From NCBI GenBank assembly GCA_002395405.1, contig DGWX01000040.1, forward strand, positions 1 through 56,097: a stretch of DNA of 56,097 nt, given 5' to 3'. Under the pieces are notes generated by a model. The model was given only the letters and a program-made list of their open reading frames with translations, did not search any database and had not been told where the DNA came from. Within the stretch, counting starts at the first letter, position 1. Every line of letters begins with the position of its first letter. Positions 7,769 through 17,783 of the stretch are shown here, in pieces. This stretch comes from Christensenella sp. UBA4247. Lineage in GTDB: Bacteria > Bacillota > Clostridia > Christensenellales > CAG-1252. The translations under genes and the position numbers were made by a program.

Positions 7769-10081
7769 ATGAGATCCGGAAGAGGTAAGTGTCCGCAATG
7801 TAAAGAAATCATCGTAGTGGACCTCGAAGCGCCGGAGATCCGCTGCCCGTTTTGCGGCGCTCTGTTAAAGAAGAGCGCGAAGACGGTTGCGGAAGTGCGC
7901 GCGGCGGAGGAAGAAAGGATCAAGGCGGCGAAAGCGCGCGAAGAGGCGATCGAAGAAGAAAAGGCAGAGAGCGCTGCGCCTGCGGCGGCTCCCGAAGCGG
8001 AAAATCCCGCGCTCAAAGAGGAAGCGGCCTTCCCGAGCGTTATGACCGAAGACGAAAGATCGGAAGCGGAATTCGGCGAGACCGCGCTCAAAAACGAAGC
8101 GCTCAACGCGGCGAACGAAATGTCGGACGAAGAGCTCGCGATGATGGATGAGGCTCTGCCCGAAGGCTCCGAACTTTTGTCCGGCGAAGCTCCCGAGGCG
8201 GAAGTGCAAACCGACCCCGAAGAAACAGTCGTGTATTCTTCCGTTTCAATGGAAGACGACGCGCCCGCAGAAGAAGAAAACCCGTCCGACGAAGCGGCGG
8301 AAGAGGAAGAAAACGCCGACCTCTCGGCAAACGCGGAAGTTACTTTGGAAGACGACGGATCGAGCTTTGACGAAGCGCTTCCCTCCGATCTTATAGAGGA
8401 CGAAGCGCCCGCGGAAGAAAGCGCGGAAGAGGGCGCAAAAGAAAACGCAGGATCCGAAGCGGACGTTTCGGATGCGGACGCCGCTTTATTTGACGACGAA
8501 GCCCCCGCGTTCCTTACGGAAAGCGAAACGTCGGAAGAAACCGCTCCCGCGGAAGAAGCCGTTTCTCCCGAAGTATCCCCGGCGGAAGATAGCGCGCGTG
8601 AAGAGACCCCGGCGGAAGAGATCGCTTCTACCGAAGAAATACCCGCGGAAGACGCGGTATCTCCCGAAGAAATAAAAGTTCCCGCTCCCGCGGAAGACGC
8701 CCCGCTCGAAGAAAGGGCGGAAGAGGGCGCTCTTCCCGCAGAGGAAGAAGTTCCCGAAGGGGTCGCCGCGGAAGAAAACGCGTCGGAAGAGAACGCGCTT
8801 GAAATCGCCTCGCCCGAGGAATTTTTCGGAGAAGAGGCGCCCGTCAGCGAAGAAGAGAGCGCGGAAGGCGCCGCCGAGCAAGCAGAGTCGGGCGAAAGCG
8901 CGATCGAGGTCGAAAGCGCGGAAAGCGCCGATGCGAATGAAGAAGGCGAAACGGCGGCGGATAGCGGCGCTTCGGAAAGCGAAGGCGCGAAAGAGGCCGA
9001 AGAAGCGCCTCAATATACGGCGGAAGATATGGCGTTTGCCGCCAGCTTGTCCGACGTGCGTAGGAAACAATACGTGGCGCCGACGTCCAAAGGCGCGCAA
9101 AAAGCGATCAAAGCCGAGCGACCCGCCAAGAAAAAAGCGGCGCAGGCAGGAGGTAAAAATTCTATGGGTATTTATAAGAAACCGATTGCGGCGATCATTA
9201 TGTTGCTGTCCATCGTCGGCGTGCTCTTTTATCTTGCTTACGGACTTTTCATTACGCGCTGGTTCGATTACGGCGCCCTCGCTTTGGCTGACGGCATCTC
9301 GGCGGATCTTTTCGCAGGCTCGCCCTCTCTCCTCGGGCAGCTTCCGAAGAGCTGGATCGGCGGCGTTGCGGGTATTCTCCCCGTGTTCGGCGGCGAATAT
9401 TTCCTGCAATATCTGACGATCATTCTCGCGGGTATCGTGGGCTTGATCTCGATCCTCGGCATTACGGGAAAGAAAGGAAAGCTCGGCTTTATTTTCATTC
9501 TCCTTGCGGACGCGGTTTGGTGCGTGCTTCGCCTTTGGTCGATGCACGGCGGCGTTCCTTATTTCTTCGAAATGGATAGTATGGCGAAGATCATCGCGGA
9601 TTACGGCAAATATATCGAGTACGGCATTTACGGCTTGCTCCTCTTGGGCGGCGTTTCGATCGTGATCTCTTTCGCGTCCGGTTCTTCCGAATTCGAAATG
9701 ACGATCGGCTCCGCGATCCTTCCGATCATTTATATGGCGATCCTCGTTGCGGGTTACGTCGCGCTTCTCGTTCTCCCCGGAATGATGAAATTTACGATCT
9801 CGGCAACAGTCATGCGCTATATCCTATTCGGCGTATGGGGACTAACGCTGCTTCTGACCATCGTCGGCGTTCACAGTTCGACCTTGTCTCGCGGCGTAAA
9901 CGGATATCTTTCCTGCGCGGTACTTCTCGCGATCACGCTGATGTTCGCAACGAACGTCGTGATCTCGTATGTGGCGAAAGAGACGGACGTTTCCGCGCTC
10001 GTTACGATCTTTACCGCGATCGTTCCCGGGCTTGCGCTTATGCCTCTCGCTTCCTTTGCGGCGGCGGATCTCAGGAACTGA
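7769..10081 (+). CDS. Hypothetical protein: Zn-ribbon + long acidic disordered region + polytopic membrane domain
   Basis: CPQC...CPFC at N-terminus; ~370 aa E/A/P/S/D-rich; ~9-10 hydrophobic segments at C-terminus; AAGGAGG SD. Confidence 0.85.
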   Translation: MRSGRGKCPQCKEIIVVDLEAPEIRCPFCGALLKKSAKTVAEVRAAEEERIKAAKAREEAIEEEKAESAAPAAAPEAENPALKEEAAFPSVMTEDERSEAEFGETALKNEALNAANEMSDEELAMMDEALPEGSELLSGEAPEAEVQTDPEETVVYSSVSMEDDAPAEEENPSDEAAEEEENADLSANAEVTLEDDGSSFDEALPSDLIEDEAPAEESAEEGAKENAGSEADVSDADAALFDDEAPAFLTESETSEETAPAEEAVSPEVSPAEDSAREETPAEEIASTEEIPAEDAVSPEEIKVPAPAEDAPLEERAEEGALPAEEEVPEGVAAEENASEENALEIASPEEFFGEEAPVSEEESAEGAAEQAESGESAIEVESAESADANEEGETAADSGASESEGAKEAEEAPQYTAEDMAFAASLSDVRRKQYVAPTSKGAQKAIKAERPAKKKAAQAGGKNSMGIYKKPIAAIIMLLSIVGVLFYLAYGLFITRWFDYGALALADGISADLFAGSPSLLGQLPKSWIGGVAGILPVFGGEYFLQYLTIILAGIVGLISILGITGKKGKLGFIFILLADAVWCVLRLWSMHGGVPYFFEMDSMAKIIADYGKYIEYGIYGLLLLGGVSIVISFASGSSEFEMTIGSAILPIIYMAILVAGYVALLVLPGMMKFTISATVMRYILFGVWGLTLLLTIVGVHSSTLSRGVNGYLSCAVLLAITLMFATNVVISYVAKETDVSALVTIFTAIVPGLALMPLASFAAADLRN

Positions 10082-10101
10082 TCTTTTAAGGGAAAACGAA
10101 G

Positions 10102-10710
10102 ATGAGCGAATCGCAAAAAAGAAGAGACGACGAATTTATAACCACCTATCGCGCGCTGATCAAGCGCGAAGGCGCGGACAAACTTCTCGATTATCTTTTG
10201 AATAAGTCGGATTTCTTTACGGCGCCTGCGTCCACGCGCTTTCATTACGATTTCGAGGGCGGGCTATGCTCTCATAGCTTGAACGTGTATCATCGCTTGA
10301 TCAAACTTCTCGAAAGCGAATACGGCGAGAATTGGAAAGAGGAAGTCAGCCCCGAATCGGTTGCGATCGTTGCTCTTTTACACGATCTTTGCAAAACGAA
10401 TTATTATAAAGTTTCCTATCGCAACGTCAAAAAGGACGGCGTGTGGGAGAGTCAGCCCTATTACACGGTGGAAGACGAACTCCCTTACGGACACGGCGAA
10501 AAATCCGTTTATATCATCAGCGGATTCATGCGCCTGACGCGCGAGGAAGCGATGGCGATCAATTGGCATATGGGCGGCTTTGACGACAGAGTTCGCGGCG
10601 GCAGCTTTACGGTGGGGCAGGCGTTTTACAAGTATCCCCTCGCCGCATTGACCCACAGCGCGGATTTTCTCGCGACGTATTTGGATGAAAAGGAAGAAGA
10701 CCCGCAATGA
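10102..10710 (+). CDS. HD-domain phosphohydrolase
   Basis: FFTAPASTRFH..GGLCSHSLNV, ALLHDLCK, GHGEKSV, AINWHMG. Confidence 0.9.
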   Translation: MSESQKRRDDEFITTYRALIKREGADKLLDYLLNKSDFFTAPASTRFHYDFEGGLCSHSLNVYHRLIKLLESEYGENWKEEVSPESVAIVALLHDLCKTNYYKVSYRNVKKDGVWESQPYYTVEDELPYGHGEKSVYIISGFMRLTREEAMAINWHMGGFDDRVRGGSFTVGQAFYKYPLAALTHSADFLATYLDEKEEDPQ

Positions 10711-11549
10711 TCATCGTAAAGAGCGAGGATAAAGAAATCGCGGCGAAAAGCGAAAAGAAATACCGCATCATAGACGCGCATTGCCATATCTATCCGCAAA
10801 AAATCGCGGCGAAAGCGGTCGCGGCGATCGGGAATTTTTACGGGATCGATATGTGCGAAGACGGAACCGCCGCTTCCCTGATTCGGGAAGGCAGCGCGAT
10901 CGGCGTGGAGAAATACGTCGTTCACAGCACGGCGACCACCGTTCATCAAGTTCGCGCGATCAACGATTACATCGATTCCGAAATGCGGCTGCACCCCGAG
11001 TTTATCGGGTTTATGACGCTGCATAACGAGATGACGGAAGAAGCGATCGAAAAGGAAGTCGAACTCGCTTTATCCCGCGGAATGAAGGGCGTTAAATTGC
11101 ACCCCGATTTCCAAAAATTTTACATTGACGAAGCGGAGAACATCTATCGCGTAACCAAGGGAAAATTGCCGATCCTCTTACATATGGGGGACAAAAGATA
11201 CGATTTTTCCGCGCCCGAAAGACTTCGTAAAATGGCGGAGAAGTATCCCGAGCAGATCTTTATCGGCGCGCATTTCGGCGGTTATTCGGTGTGGGACAGG
11301 GTCGATTGCTTAAAAGACCTTCCGAACGTGTACTTCGATACTTGCTCCTCTCTGTTTTACTTAGACAAAGCGAAGGCGGCGGATATGATTCTTTCCTTCG
11401 GCTTCGAACGTTACTTTTTCGGAACGGATTTTCCCATGTGGAAACACGACGAAGAGCTCGCGCGTTTTCTTTCGCTTCCTCTCGGCGAAGAGGAGAGAGA
11501 GGCGATCTTGTATAAGAACGCGGCGCGGCTCCTTCGCGTAAACGATTGA
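10707..11549 (+). CDS. Amidohydrolase_2 family metallohydrolase
   Basis: IDAHCH, KGVKLHPDFQ, HMG, AHFGG, FGTDFP. Confidence 0.9.
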   Translation: MIIVKSEDKEIAAKSEKKYRIIDAHCHIYPQKIAAKAVAAIGNFYGIDMCEDGTAASLIREGSAIGVEKYVVHSTATTVHQVRAINDYIDSEMRLHPEFIGFMTLHNEMTEEAIEKEVELALSRGMKGVKLHPDFQKFYIDEAENIYRVTKGKLPILLHMGDKRYDFSAPERLRKMAEKYPEQIFIGAHFGGYSVWDRVDCLKDLPNVYFDTCSSLFYLDKAKAADMILSFGFERYFFGTDFPMWKHDEELARFLSLPLGEEEREAILYKNAARLLRVND

Positions 11550-11593
11550 AAAATACCGCTTCGGCGGAAAAAATATGAAAAGCAGGTGAACTT

Positions 11594-12871
11594 ATGATCG
11601 ATTTGCAACTTATCAGAAAAGACAGTGAAAGCGTTTCCGCCGCACTCGCGAAAAAGGGTGCGATCGTGGATTTTCGAGAGCTTCTCGAATGGGATAAAGA
11701 GCGCCGCTCTTTGATCCAAAAAGTCGAGGAGAACAAAGCGAAGAGAAATAAAGTCAGCGCGGAGATCCCTCTTTATAAAAAGCAAGGGAAGGACACGGCG
11801 GCGATCTTCGAAGAAATGCGCGCCCTCGGCGACGAGATCGCGTCTTCGGATAAAAAGATCGCGGAGCTGACGGAGAAAATGGACGATTTCCTTTCCCGCC
11901 TTCCGAACATTCCGGACGAGGACGTCGTTGCGGGAGAGAAGGAGAATAACGAAGTGATCCGCGTAGTCGGCAAAAAGCCCGAATTCGACTTTGCGCCCAA
12001 GAATCACGTGGATCTTTGCACCGATCTCGGTCTCGTGGATTACGAGCGCGGCGTAAAGCTTTCGGGCGGCGGCTATTGGATCTATCGCAATATGGGCGCT
12101 CGCCTCGAATGGGCTCTGATCAATTACTTTATTTCCGAACATTTGAAGGACGGTTACGAGTTTATCCTTCCGCCCCATCAGCTTTCCTATAACTGCGGCT
12201 TCGGCGCGGGTCAATTCCCCAAATTCGAAGACGAAGTCTATTGGCTCGAAGGCGAAGAGCGCAAGAAAGGGCATTTTATGCTTCCCACCGCGGAGACGGC
12301 GCTCGTGAATATGTACGCCGGCGAGATCATAGACGGAGCGAAGCTCCCGATGAAGTTTTTCGCCTATACGCCCTGCTATCGCAAGGAAGCGGGCAGTTAC
12401 AGAAGCGAAGAGCGCGGCATGATCCGCGGCCACCAATTCAACAAGGTGGAGATGGTCATTTATTCGGCGCAGGAAAACAGCATGGCGGCGTTCGAAGAGC
12501 TCGTCGGAAAAGCGAGCGCCCTCGTGGAGAAGCTCGGTTTGCATTTCAGAGTCAGCAAACTTGCGGCGGGCGATTGCTCGGCGTCTATGGCGAGAACGTA
12601 CGATATCGAAGTTTGGATCCCGAGTATGGGCATTTATAAAGAGGTCAGCTCGGTCTCGAACGCAAACGATTATCAAGCGAGAAGAAACGGAACGCGTTAT
12701 AAGGATCCCAAGACGGGGAAAAATCTCTTTGTGCATACCTTAAACGGCAGCGGCCTCGCCACGAGCCGTTTGATCCCCGCGATCGTCGAACAGTTCCAAA
12801 ACGCGGACGGCAGCGTCAGAGTTCCCGAAGTTCTCGTTCCTTACGTGGGAACGGATATCCTCAGAAAATAA
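11594..12871 (+). CDS. serS: Seryl-tRNA synthetase
   Basis: N-terminal coiled coil, LPTAE, CYRKEAG, RGHQFNKVE, HTLNGSGLA. Confidence 0.97.
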   Translation: MIDLQLIRKDSESVSAALAKKGAIVDFRELLEWDKERRSLIQKVEENKAKRNKVSAEIPLYKKQGKDTAAIFEEMRALGDEIASSDKKIAELTEKMDDFLSRLPNIPDEDVVAGEKENNEVIRVVGKKPEFDFAPKNHVDLCTDLGLVDYERGVKLSGGGYWIYRNMGARLEWALINYFISEHLKDGYEFILPPHQLSYNCGFGAGQFPKFEDEVYWLEGEERKKGHFMLPTAETALVNMYAGEIIDGAKLPMKFFAYTPCYRKEAGSYRSEERGMIRGHQFNKVEMVIYSAQENSMAAFEELVGKASALVEKLGLHFRVSKLAAGDCSASMARTYDIEVWIPSMGIYKEVSSVSNANDYQARRNGTRYKDPKTGKNLFVHTLNGSGLATSRLIPAIVEQFQNADGSVRVPEVLVPYVGTDILRK

Positions 12872-12893
12872 AGAAACAGCAGGAGGCTTTATT

Positions 12894-13925
12894 ATGAGCG
12901 TGATGTTCGAAGAAATCATGTCCGAACCGGAAGTTATCAAAAACGCGATACACGCAAACTCGAAAAAAGTCGAAGAGATCGCGGAGGAAGTCAAAAAGCG
13001 CCGCATCAAGAACATTACGATCATCGGCCGCGGAACGAGCGATAACGCGGGACTTTGTTTCAAGTATTTTTCCGAGATCCTGGCGGGGATCCCTTCGGGA
13101 ACGGCGCACCCCTCGGTGACCACGATGTACGGCGCGAACGTGGATTATTCCGATCACTTGTTCGTTGCGGTGTCGCAGAGCGGCAAGAGCATCGACACCC
13201 TTGCGGTTTTGACGCAGGCGAATAAGCAGGGCGCCCTGACCGTCGCCGTTACGAACGACGAAACGTCCCCTCTCGCGAGGGCGGGCAAATTCCATTTGAA
13301 TTTAAGCGCGGGCGAAGAAAAGAGCATCGCGAGCGCAAAAACGTATATCGCGGAACTGACCGTTCTTTATATGCTGGCGATCGCGCTCTCCGGAAAGCCC
13401 TTGATGCCCGTCGTTTACTCTTTCCCGAAGAGAGTCGAAGAAGCGCTTTTGCTCCTTCCCGAGATCCAAGAGGTCGCGGAAAAAACCAAGGATATGAATA
13501 ACTTCATCATTCTTTCCCGCGGCGTTATGCAAGGGGTGGGCAAGGAGCTTCAACTCAAACTCAACGAATGCGCATACACATTCGCGCAATTTTACGGAAC
13601 GAACGATTTTATGCACGGACCTTTCGCCCTCGTGGAAGAAGGGGTCAACGTTATTATTTTGGCGCCCGACGGAGAATGCAGCGAGAATTTCCGCGACATC
13701 GCGACCCGATTGCAACTTTTGAACGCGAACGTAGTTACGTTCAGCGATAACAGCGATCTTCTCAACCTCGCGACTTACGGCGTGCGTATGCCCGCGATGG
13801 ACAACCTTTCTTCCACGATCGGTTATTCCGTTGCGATACACCTTTACGCGATGGAGCTCAGCAAAGTTAAGGGGCATAACCCCGACGCTCCGAGAAACCT
13901 GAAAAAGGTTACGATCACGAAATAA
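12894..13925 (+). CDS. SIS-domain sugar-phosphate isomerase/deaminase (GlmS C-terminal-like)
   Basis: GRGTSDNA, SQSG.S.DT, GEEKSIASAKTY, HGP, DAPRNLKKVT; no glutaminase domain. Confidence 0.88.
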   Translation: MSVMFEEIMSEPEVIKNAIHANSKKVEEIAEEVKKRRIKNITIIGRGTSDNAGLCFKYFSEILAGIPSGTAHPSVTTMYGANVDYSDHLFVAVSQSGKSIDTLAVLTQANKQGALTVAVTNDETSPLARAGKFHLNLSAGEEKSIASAKTYIAELTVLYMLAIALSGKPLMPVVYSFPKRVEEALLLLPEIQEVAEKTKDMNNFIILSRGVMQGVGKELQLKLNECAYTFAQFYGTNDFMHGPFALVEEGVNVIILAPDGECSENFRDIATRLQLLNANVVTFSDNSDLLNLATYGVRMPAMDNLSSTIGYSVAIHLYAMELSKVKGHNPDAPRNLKKVTITK

Positions 13926-15532
13926 TGCTTTCGTTCGAGAGTGGAAAAAAGAGCGCGGGAAAACTTCTCGCGCTTTTGAGAAGATGGGCGGTCAGCGAGT
14001 GGTCGATGCTGTTCGAAACGATCCTCGCCGCCGTTTTCTTTTTAACGAACGCGGAAGTCGCGGGCGTCGTTACGTTCGTTTATATCATCGCGGCGAAGCT
14101 CATTCTTTCCGACGATTCTCTCGGGACTTTTCTGCCCTTCCTTTTGATCGGGCTCATCGTTTTGCGCTTGTACGACAGCTTCGACACCTTTATGTCGCTG
14201 AAATTCGTTATGGGCGTTCCCGCGGTCGTAGGCGTTTTGTTTCACTTCTTCTTTTATCGAGTAAAACCGCAAAAAGGCGCGCTTTCGAAAGGCTATCTCG
14301 CGCTTTCCTTCGCGCTTGCGCTCGGCGGGCTTTTCAGCCTCCCGGCGGCGCATTATTTTTCGGGAACTTCCGCTTATTACGTCCTCGGGCTGGGATTCGG
14401 AATGCTGGCGCTGTATTCCGCGCTTTATCGTAAGCTCGACCCGAGAAACGAGTACGATATAAAAGAGCACGTCGCTTGGATCTCCTTTTATGCGGCGGCG
14501 TTCTCGGTGTTTATCATCGCCGTTCAATATCTCGGCAATCTTTCCGAGATCTCGAAAGGGTGGGAGTTTTCTCTGACCAAGCTTTCTTCTCTCGGAAATA
14601 ACTTATGCACGACCGTTTTGATGACTTCGCCTTTCTGCTTTTATCTTTCGGGGAAAAAGGGTTTTCGCGGGGCGCTGGCGTTTCTCGTGGGCGTGCTGTC
14701 GGCGTTTGCCGCGGTGTTTTCTTTGTCGCGCGGGGGGCTTCTTTTCGTTCCCGCGACCGTTTTGTTTTACGCTCTGTTCGCCCTCGTTCGCTATAAGAGC
14801 GTAAGGAAAAGAAACGCGATCCTTCTTTTTATCGTTCTCGCCGCGTTTCTCGCGATTTTCTTTATTTGGAAAAACGATTTCAAAAAGCTTTTTGCGGAAG
14901 GCTTCGTTCCTTCTTCTCTCAAAGTGCGCTTGGCGCTGATCGGCGCGGCGGTTTTGACCTTTGTTTTAACGGCTTACGCGTATTATTTGTTCCGAATGAA
15001 GAACGCGAAAAAAAGGCGCGTGCATTTTCTTTGTCTCGGGGGGCTTCTCCTGCTTTGTTTCGCCTTTTTCCTTGCCTTTTGGGACAAGATCAAAGTCCTT
15101 GCCGTAGAAGTCGATTCCTATCGCGGCAATATGATGATCATCGCGGCTCGCAATTTCAAAACTTTCCCCTTCTTCGGAACGGGTATCGGTTACCGCGGTT
15201 TGCGCGGCGTATATGAGAATAAGCAAGGGATGTTCGGTTGCTATCATTGTTTGCCCGTTCAGATCGTCGGTTCGATGGGGCTTTTCGGCGCGGCGGCTTA
15301 CGCGTTTATGCTGAAAGAGCGGCTTACGGCGCTTTCGAAAGCGCCCGACGGAGAGTATGCGTCGATCGTCCTTTTTTCCTATCTCGGTCTGCTTTTTATG
15401 AGCCTCGTAAATCCCGGGATCTTTTGTCCGGTCGTGTACGGATTGCAGCTCGCGATCTATTTCATTTCGGCGGAACGATCGGGCGAAAATGCGGATAAAC
15501 CCCCAAAATCGAGCGCGGAAGCCGGAAAATAG
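13925..15532 (+). CDS. O-antigen ligase/Wzy_C-like polytopic membrane protein
   Basis: Many TMs; SLSRGG, R.......F...P.FGTGIG, YH...Q....MGLFG motifs. Confidence 0.75.
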   Translation: MLSFESGKKSAGKLLALLRRWAVSEWSMLFETILAAVFFLTNAEVAGVVTFVYIIAAKLILSDDSLGTFLPFLLIGLIVLRLYDSFDTFMSLKFVMGVPAVVGVLFHFFFYRVKPQKGALSKGYLALSFALALGGLFSLPAAHYFSGTSAYYVLGLGFGMLALYSALYRKLDPRNEYDIKEHVAWISFYAAAFSVFIIAVQYLGNLSEISKGWEFSLTKLSSLGNNLCTTVLMTSPFCFYLSGKKGFRGALAFLVGVLSAFAAVFSLSRGGLLFVPATVLFYALFALVRYKSVRKRNAILLFIVLAAFLAIFFIWKNDFKKLFAEGFVPSSLKVRLALIGAAVLTFVLTAYAYYLFRMKNAKKRRVHFLCLGGLLLLCFAFFLAFWDKIKVLAVEVDSYRGNMMIIAARNFKTFPFFGTGIGYRGLRGVYENKQGMFGCYHCLPVQIVGSMGLFGAAAYAFMLKERLTALSKAPDGEYASIVLFSYLGLLFMSLVNPGIFCPVVYGLQLAIYFISAERSGENADKPPKSSAEAGK

Positions 15533-15536
15533 GGTA

Positions 15537-15565
15537 TTGACAAAAAACGCAAGGTATTGTATCAT
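15537..15565 (+). promoter_or_regulatory. Sigma-A promoter of HU gene
   Basis: TTGACA-17-TATCAT. Confidence 0.75.
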
Positions 15566-15597
15566 AGATTCGTAAACCAACTATCGGAGGTTGTAGT

Positions 15598-15873
15598 ATG
15601 AATAAGAGCGACGTTATCAAGATGATTTCGGATAAGACGAACATCACCGAAGCCGATTGCCGCCGTGTGTCGGAAGCGTTTATCGAAACGATCGCGGAAG
15701 CCCTGAAAGCGGGGGATTCCGTTACTTTTGCCGGATTCGGTTGTTTCAAAGCGAAGCAGCGCGCGTCCAAGGAAGGCTTGCATCCCAAAACCGGAGAGCG
15801 TATCAAGATCGCCGGAAGATGCGTTCCCACCTTTAAGGCGAGCAAAACGTTCGTCGGCGTGATGAATAAATAA
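15598..15873 (+). CDS. hup: HU family DNA-binding protein
   Basis: MNKSDVI...GDSV.F.GFG.F....R....G..PKTGE.I.I....VP.FKAS. Confidence 0.92.
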   Translation: MNKSDVIKMISDKTNITEADCRRVSEAFIETIAEALKAGDSVTFAGFGCFKAKQRASKEGLHPKTGERIKIAGRCVPTFKASKTFVGVMNK

Positions 15874-15897
15874 GCGTTTTTGAAAATAATTTTATCG

Positions 15898-15924
15898 AGA
15901 GCGGATCTTTCCGCTCTTTTTTTT
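15898..15924 (+). terminator. Intrinsic terminator
   Basis: AGAGCGGA-TCTT-TCCGCTCT followed by a T-tract. Confidence 0.85.
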
Positions 15925-16037
15925 GCCGTAAAGCGGGAGCAAAACGGGGGAAAGGCGTATAAATCTTTTGCTCGCTCTTGTAGGGGGAGAAAAAGTTTGC
16001 TATAATAAAATAAACACCGAAACGGGAGGATTTTATC

Positions 16038-17783
16038 GTGAATACTTATTCCGAAAATTACGAATATTGGTTAAAAAACGTTGCGGCGGAAGAAAAAGCC
16101 GAGCTTACCGCGATCGCGAAGGACGAAAAGGAGATCGCGGAGCGTTTTACTTTGCCCCTTGCCTTCGGAACGGCGGGTATGCGCGGAACGATCGGACTCG
16201 GGACCTTCCGAATGAATAAATACACCGTTGCCCGCGCGACGGCGGGACTGGCGGATTATATCTCCGAAGTGGGAGAAGAAGCGAAAGCGCGCGGCGTCAT
16301 CATTTCTTACGATACGCGCCGAATGAGCTTCGAATTCGCGCTCGAAGCGGCGCGCGTTCTCGCTGCGAAAAAGATAAACGCGTACCTGTTCGAAGACGTG
16401 CGCCCCGTTCCGATCTGCTCCTTCGCCGTCGGATATTTGCATACTTTCTCGGGTATTATGATTACGGCGAGCCACAATCCCAAAGAGTATAACGGCTATA
16501 AAGTGTACGGGGAAGACGGCGCGCAGCTCTCTCCCGAGGCCACTGCGAAGGTCGTTTCCTATATCGAAAAGAAGGATTACTTCGGGACTCCCAAGGTAAG
16601 CGTTCCCGAAGATCGCGCTCTCGTTTTGGGAAAAGACGGAATAAAGCTCGACGAGTATATTACCGTCGTAGGCAAAAGCGTGGACGAAGCGTATTTTTCG
16701 CGCATTGAAAAGCTTTCTCTCTCCCCCGAAGCGGTGGCGAAAGAAGGATCGAACCTGAAAATCGTATATACGCCGCTCCACGGAAGCGGATATAAGCCCG
16801 TAACCGAGATCTTAAAAAGAATGCACATTCCCTTTAACGTGGTTCCGGAACAGGCGCTTCCCGATTCGGAATTCCCGACGGTCAAGATGCCGAACCCCGA
16901 AATGCCGGACGCTTTGACCCTCGGCATTGCCCTTGCGGAAAAACTCGGAAGCGACGTCGTTATCGGAACGGATCCCGACGCGGACAGAATGGGCGTTGCG
17001 ATTCGAAGCGACAAGGGCGATTTCGTTCTTTTGACGGGCAATCAAACGGGCGTTTTGCTGATGGATTATATCCTTCGCCGCCATAAAGAAAACGGGACGC
17101 TTCCCAAAAACGCGGCGACGGTCAAAACCATCGTTACGACGTCGCTCGCCGCAAAAGTCGCCGCCTCTTACGGCGTGAAATGTTTCGATGTTTTGACGGG
17201 ATTCAAATTTATCGGCGAAAAAATCGACCTTTTCGAACGGACCGGGTGCAACACCTTTATGTTCGGCTATGAAGAAAGTTACGGCTACCTCGCCGGCACG
17301 CACGCGAAGGACAAAGACGCCGTCGTGTCCACGATGCTTTTCGCCGAAATGGTCTGCTATTATAAGAGCGTCGGCATCAGTCTGTACGCGCGGTTGCAGG
17401 AGATTTACGAGGCGCTCGGCTACTATGCGGAAAAAACCATCTCCGTTTATTTCAAGGGGCTTTCCGGAATGACGATCATGGCGGAAAAGACGAAAGCGCT
17501 TCGCGGGGTGGACATTTCTTCGATCGCAGGCTATCCCGTGCTTGCCGTTACCGATTTCCTTTCGGGCGAAAAGACGGATCGATCGGGCAAAAAAGAGAAA
17601 ATCGATTTTCCGAAGAGCGACGTTATGTATTATAGCCTCGAAGGGGGCGATTGGGTCGCGATCCGCCCGTCCGGAACGGAGCCGAAGCTGAAACTGTACG
17701 TATCCGCAAGCGGAAAGAGCCGAGAGGAAGCCGAGCAAAAAGCCGAAGCGCTTTTGAACGAAATGAAAGGGTACGTGGAGTGA
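16038..17783 (+). CDS. pgm: Phosphoglucomutase/phosphomannomutase
   Basis: FGTAGMRG, ITASHNP, DPDADR, GYEESYG, RPSGTEPKLK; GTG start with GGAGG. Confidence 0.95.
   Translation: MNTYSENYEYWLKNVAAEEKAELTAIAKDEKEIAERFTLPLAFGTAGMRGTIGLGTFRMNKYTVARATAGLADYISEVGEEAKARGVIISYDTRRMSFEFALEAARVLAAKKINAYLFEDVRPVPICSFAVGYLHTFSGIMITASHNPKEYNGYKVYGEDGAQLSPEATAKVVSYIEKKDYFGTPKVSVPEDRALVLGKDGIKLDEYITVVGKSVDEAYFSRIEKLSLSPEAVAKEGSNLKIVYTPLHGSGYKPVTEILKRMHIPFNVVPEQALPDSEFPTVKMPNPEMPDALTLGIALAEKLGSDVVIGTDPDADRMGVAIRSDKGDFVLLTGNQTGVLLMDYILRRHKENGTLPKNAATVKTIVTTSLAAKVAASYGVKCFDVLTGFKFIGEKIDLFERTGCNTFMFGYEESYGYLAGTHAKDKDAVVSTMLFAEMVCYYKSVGISLYARLQEIYEALGYYAEKTISVYFKGLSGMTIMAEKTKALRGVDISSIAGYPVLAVTDFLSGEKTDRSGKKEKIDFPKSDVMYYSLEGGDWVAIRPSGTEPKLKLYVSASGKSREEAEQKAEALLNEMKGYVE

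Noticed and set aside
8250-8850. Recurrent CCCGCGGAAGA units considered as a CRISPR or tandem DNA repeat
   Set aside because: In-frame PAEE codons with irregular spacing; no fixed repeat-spacer period and no cas genes
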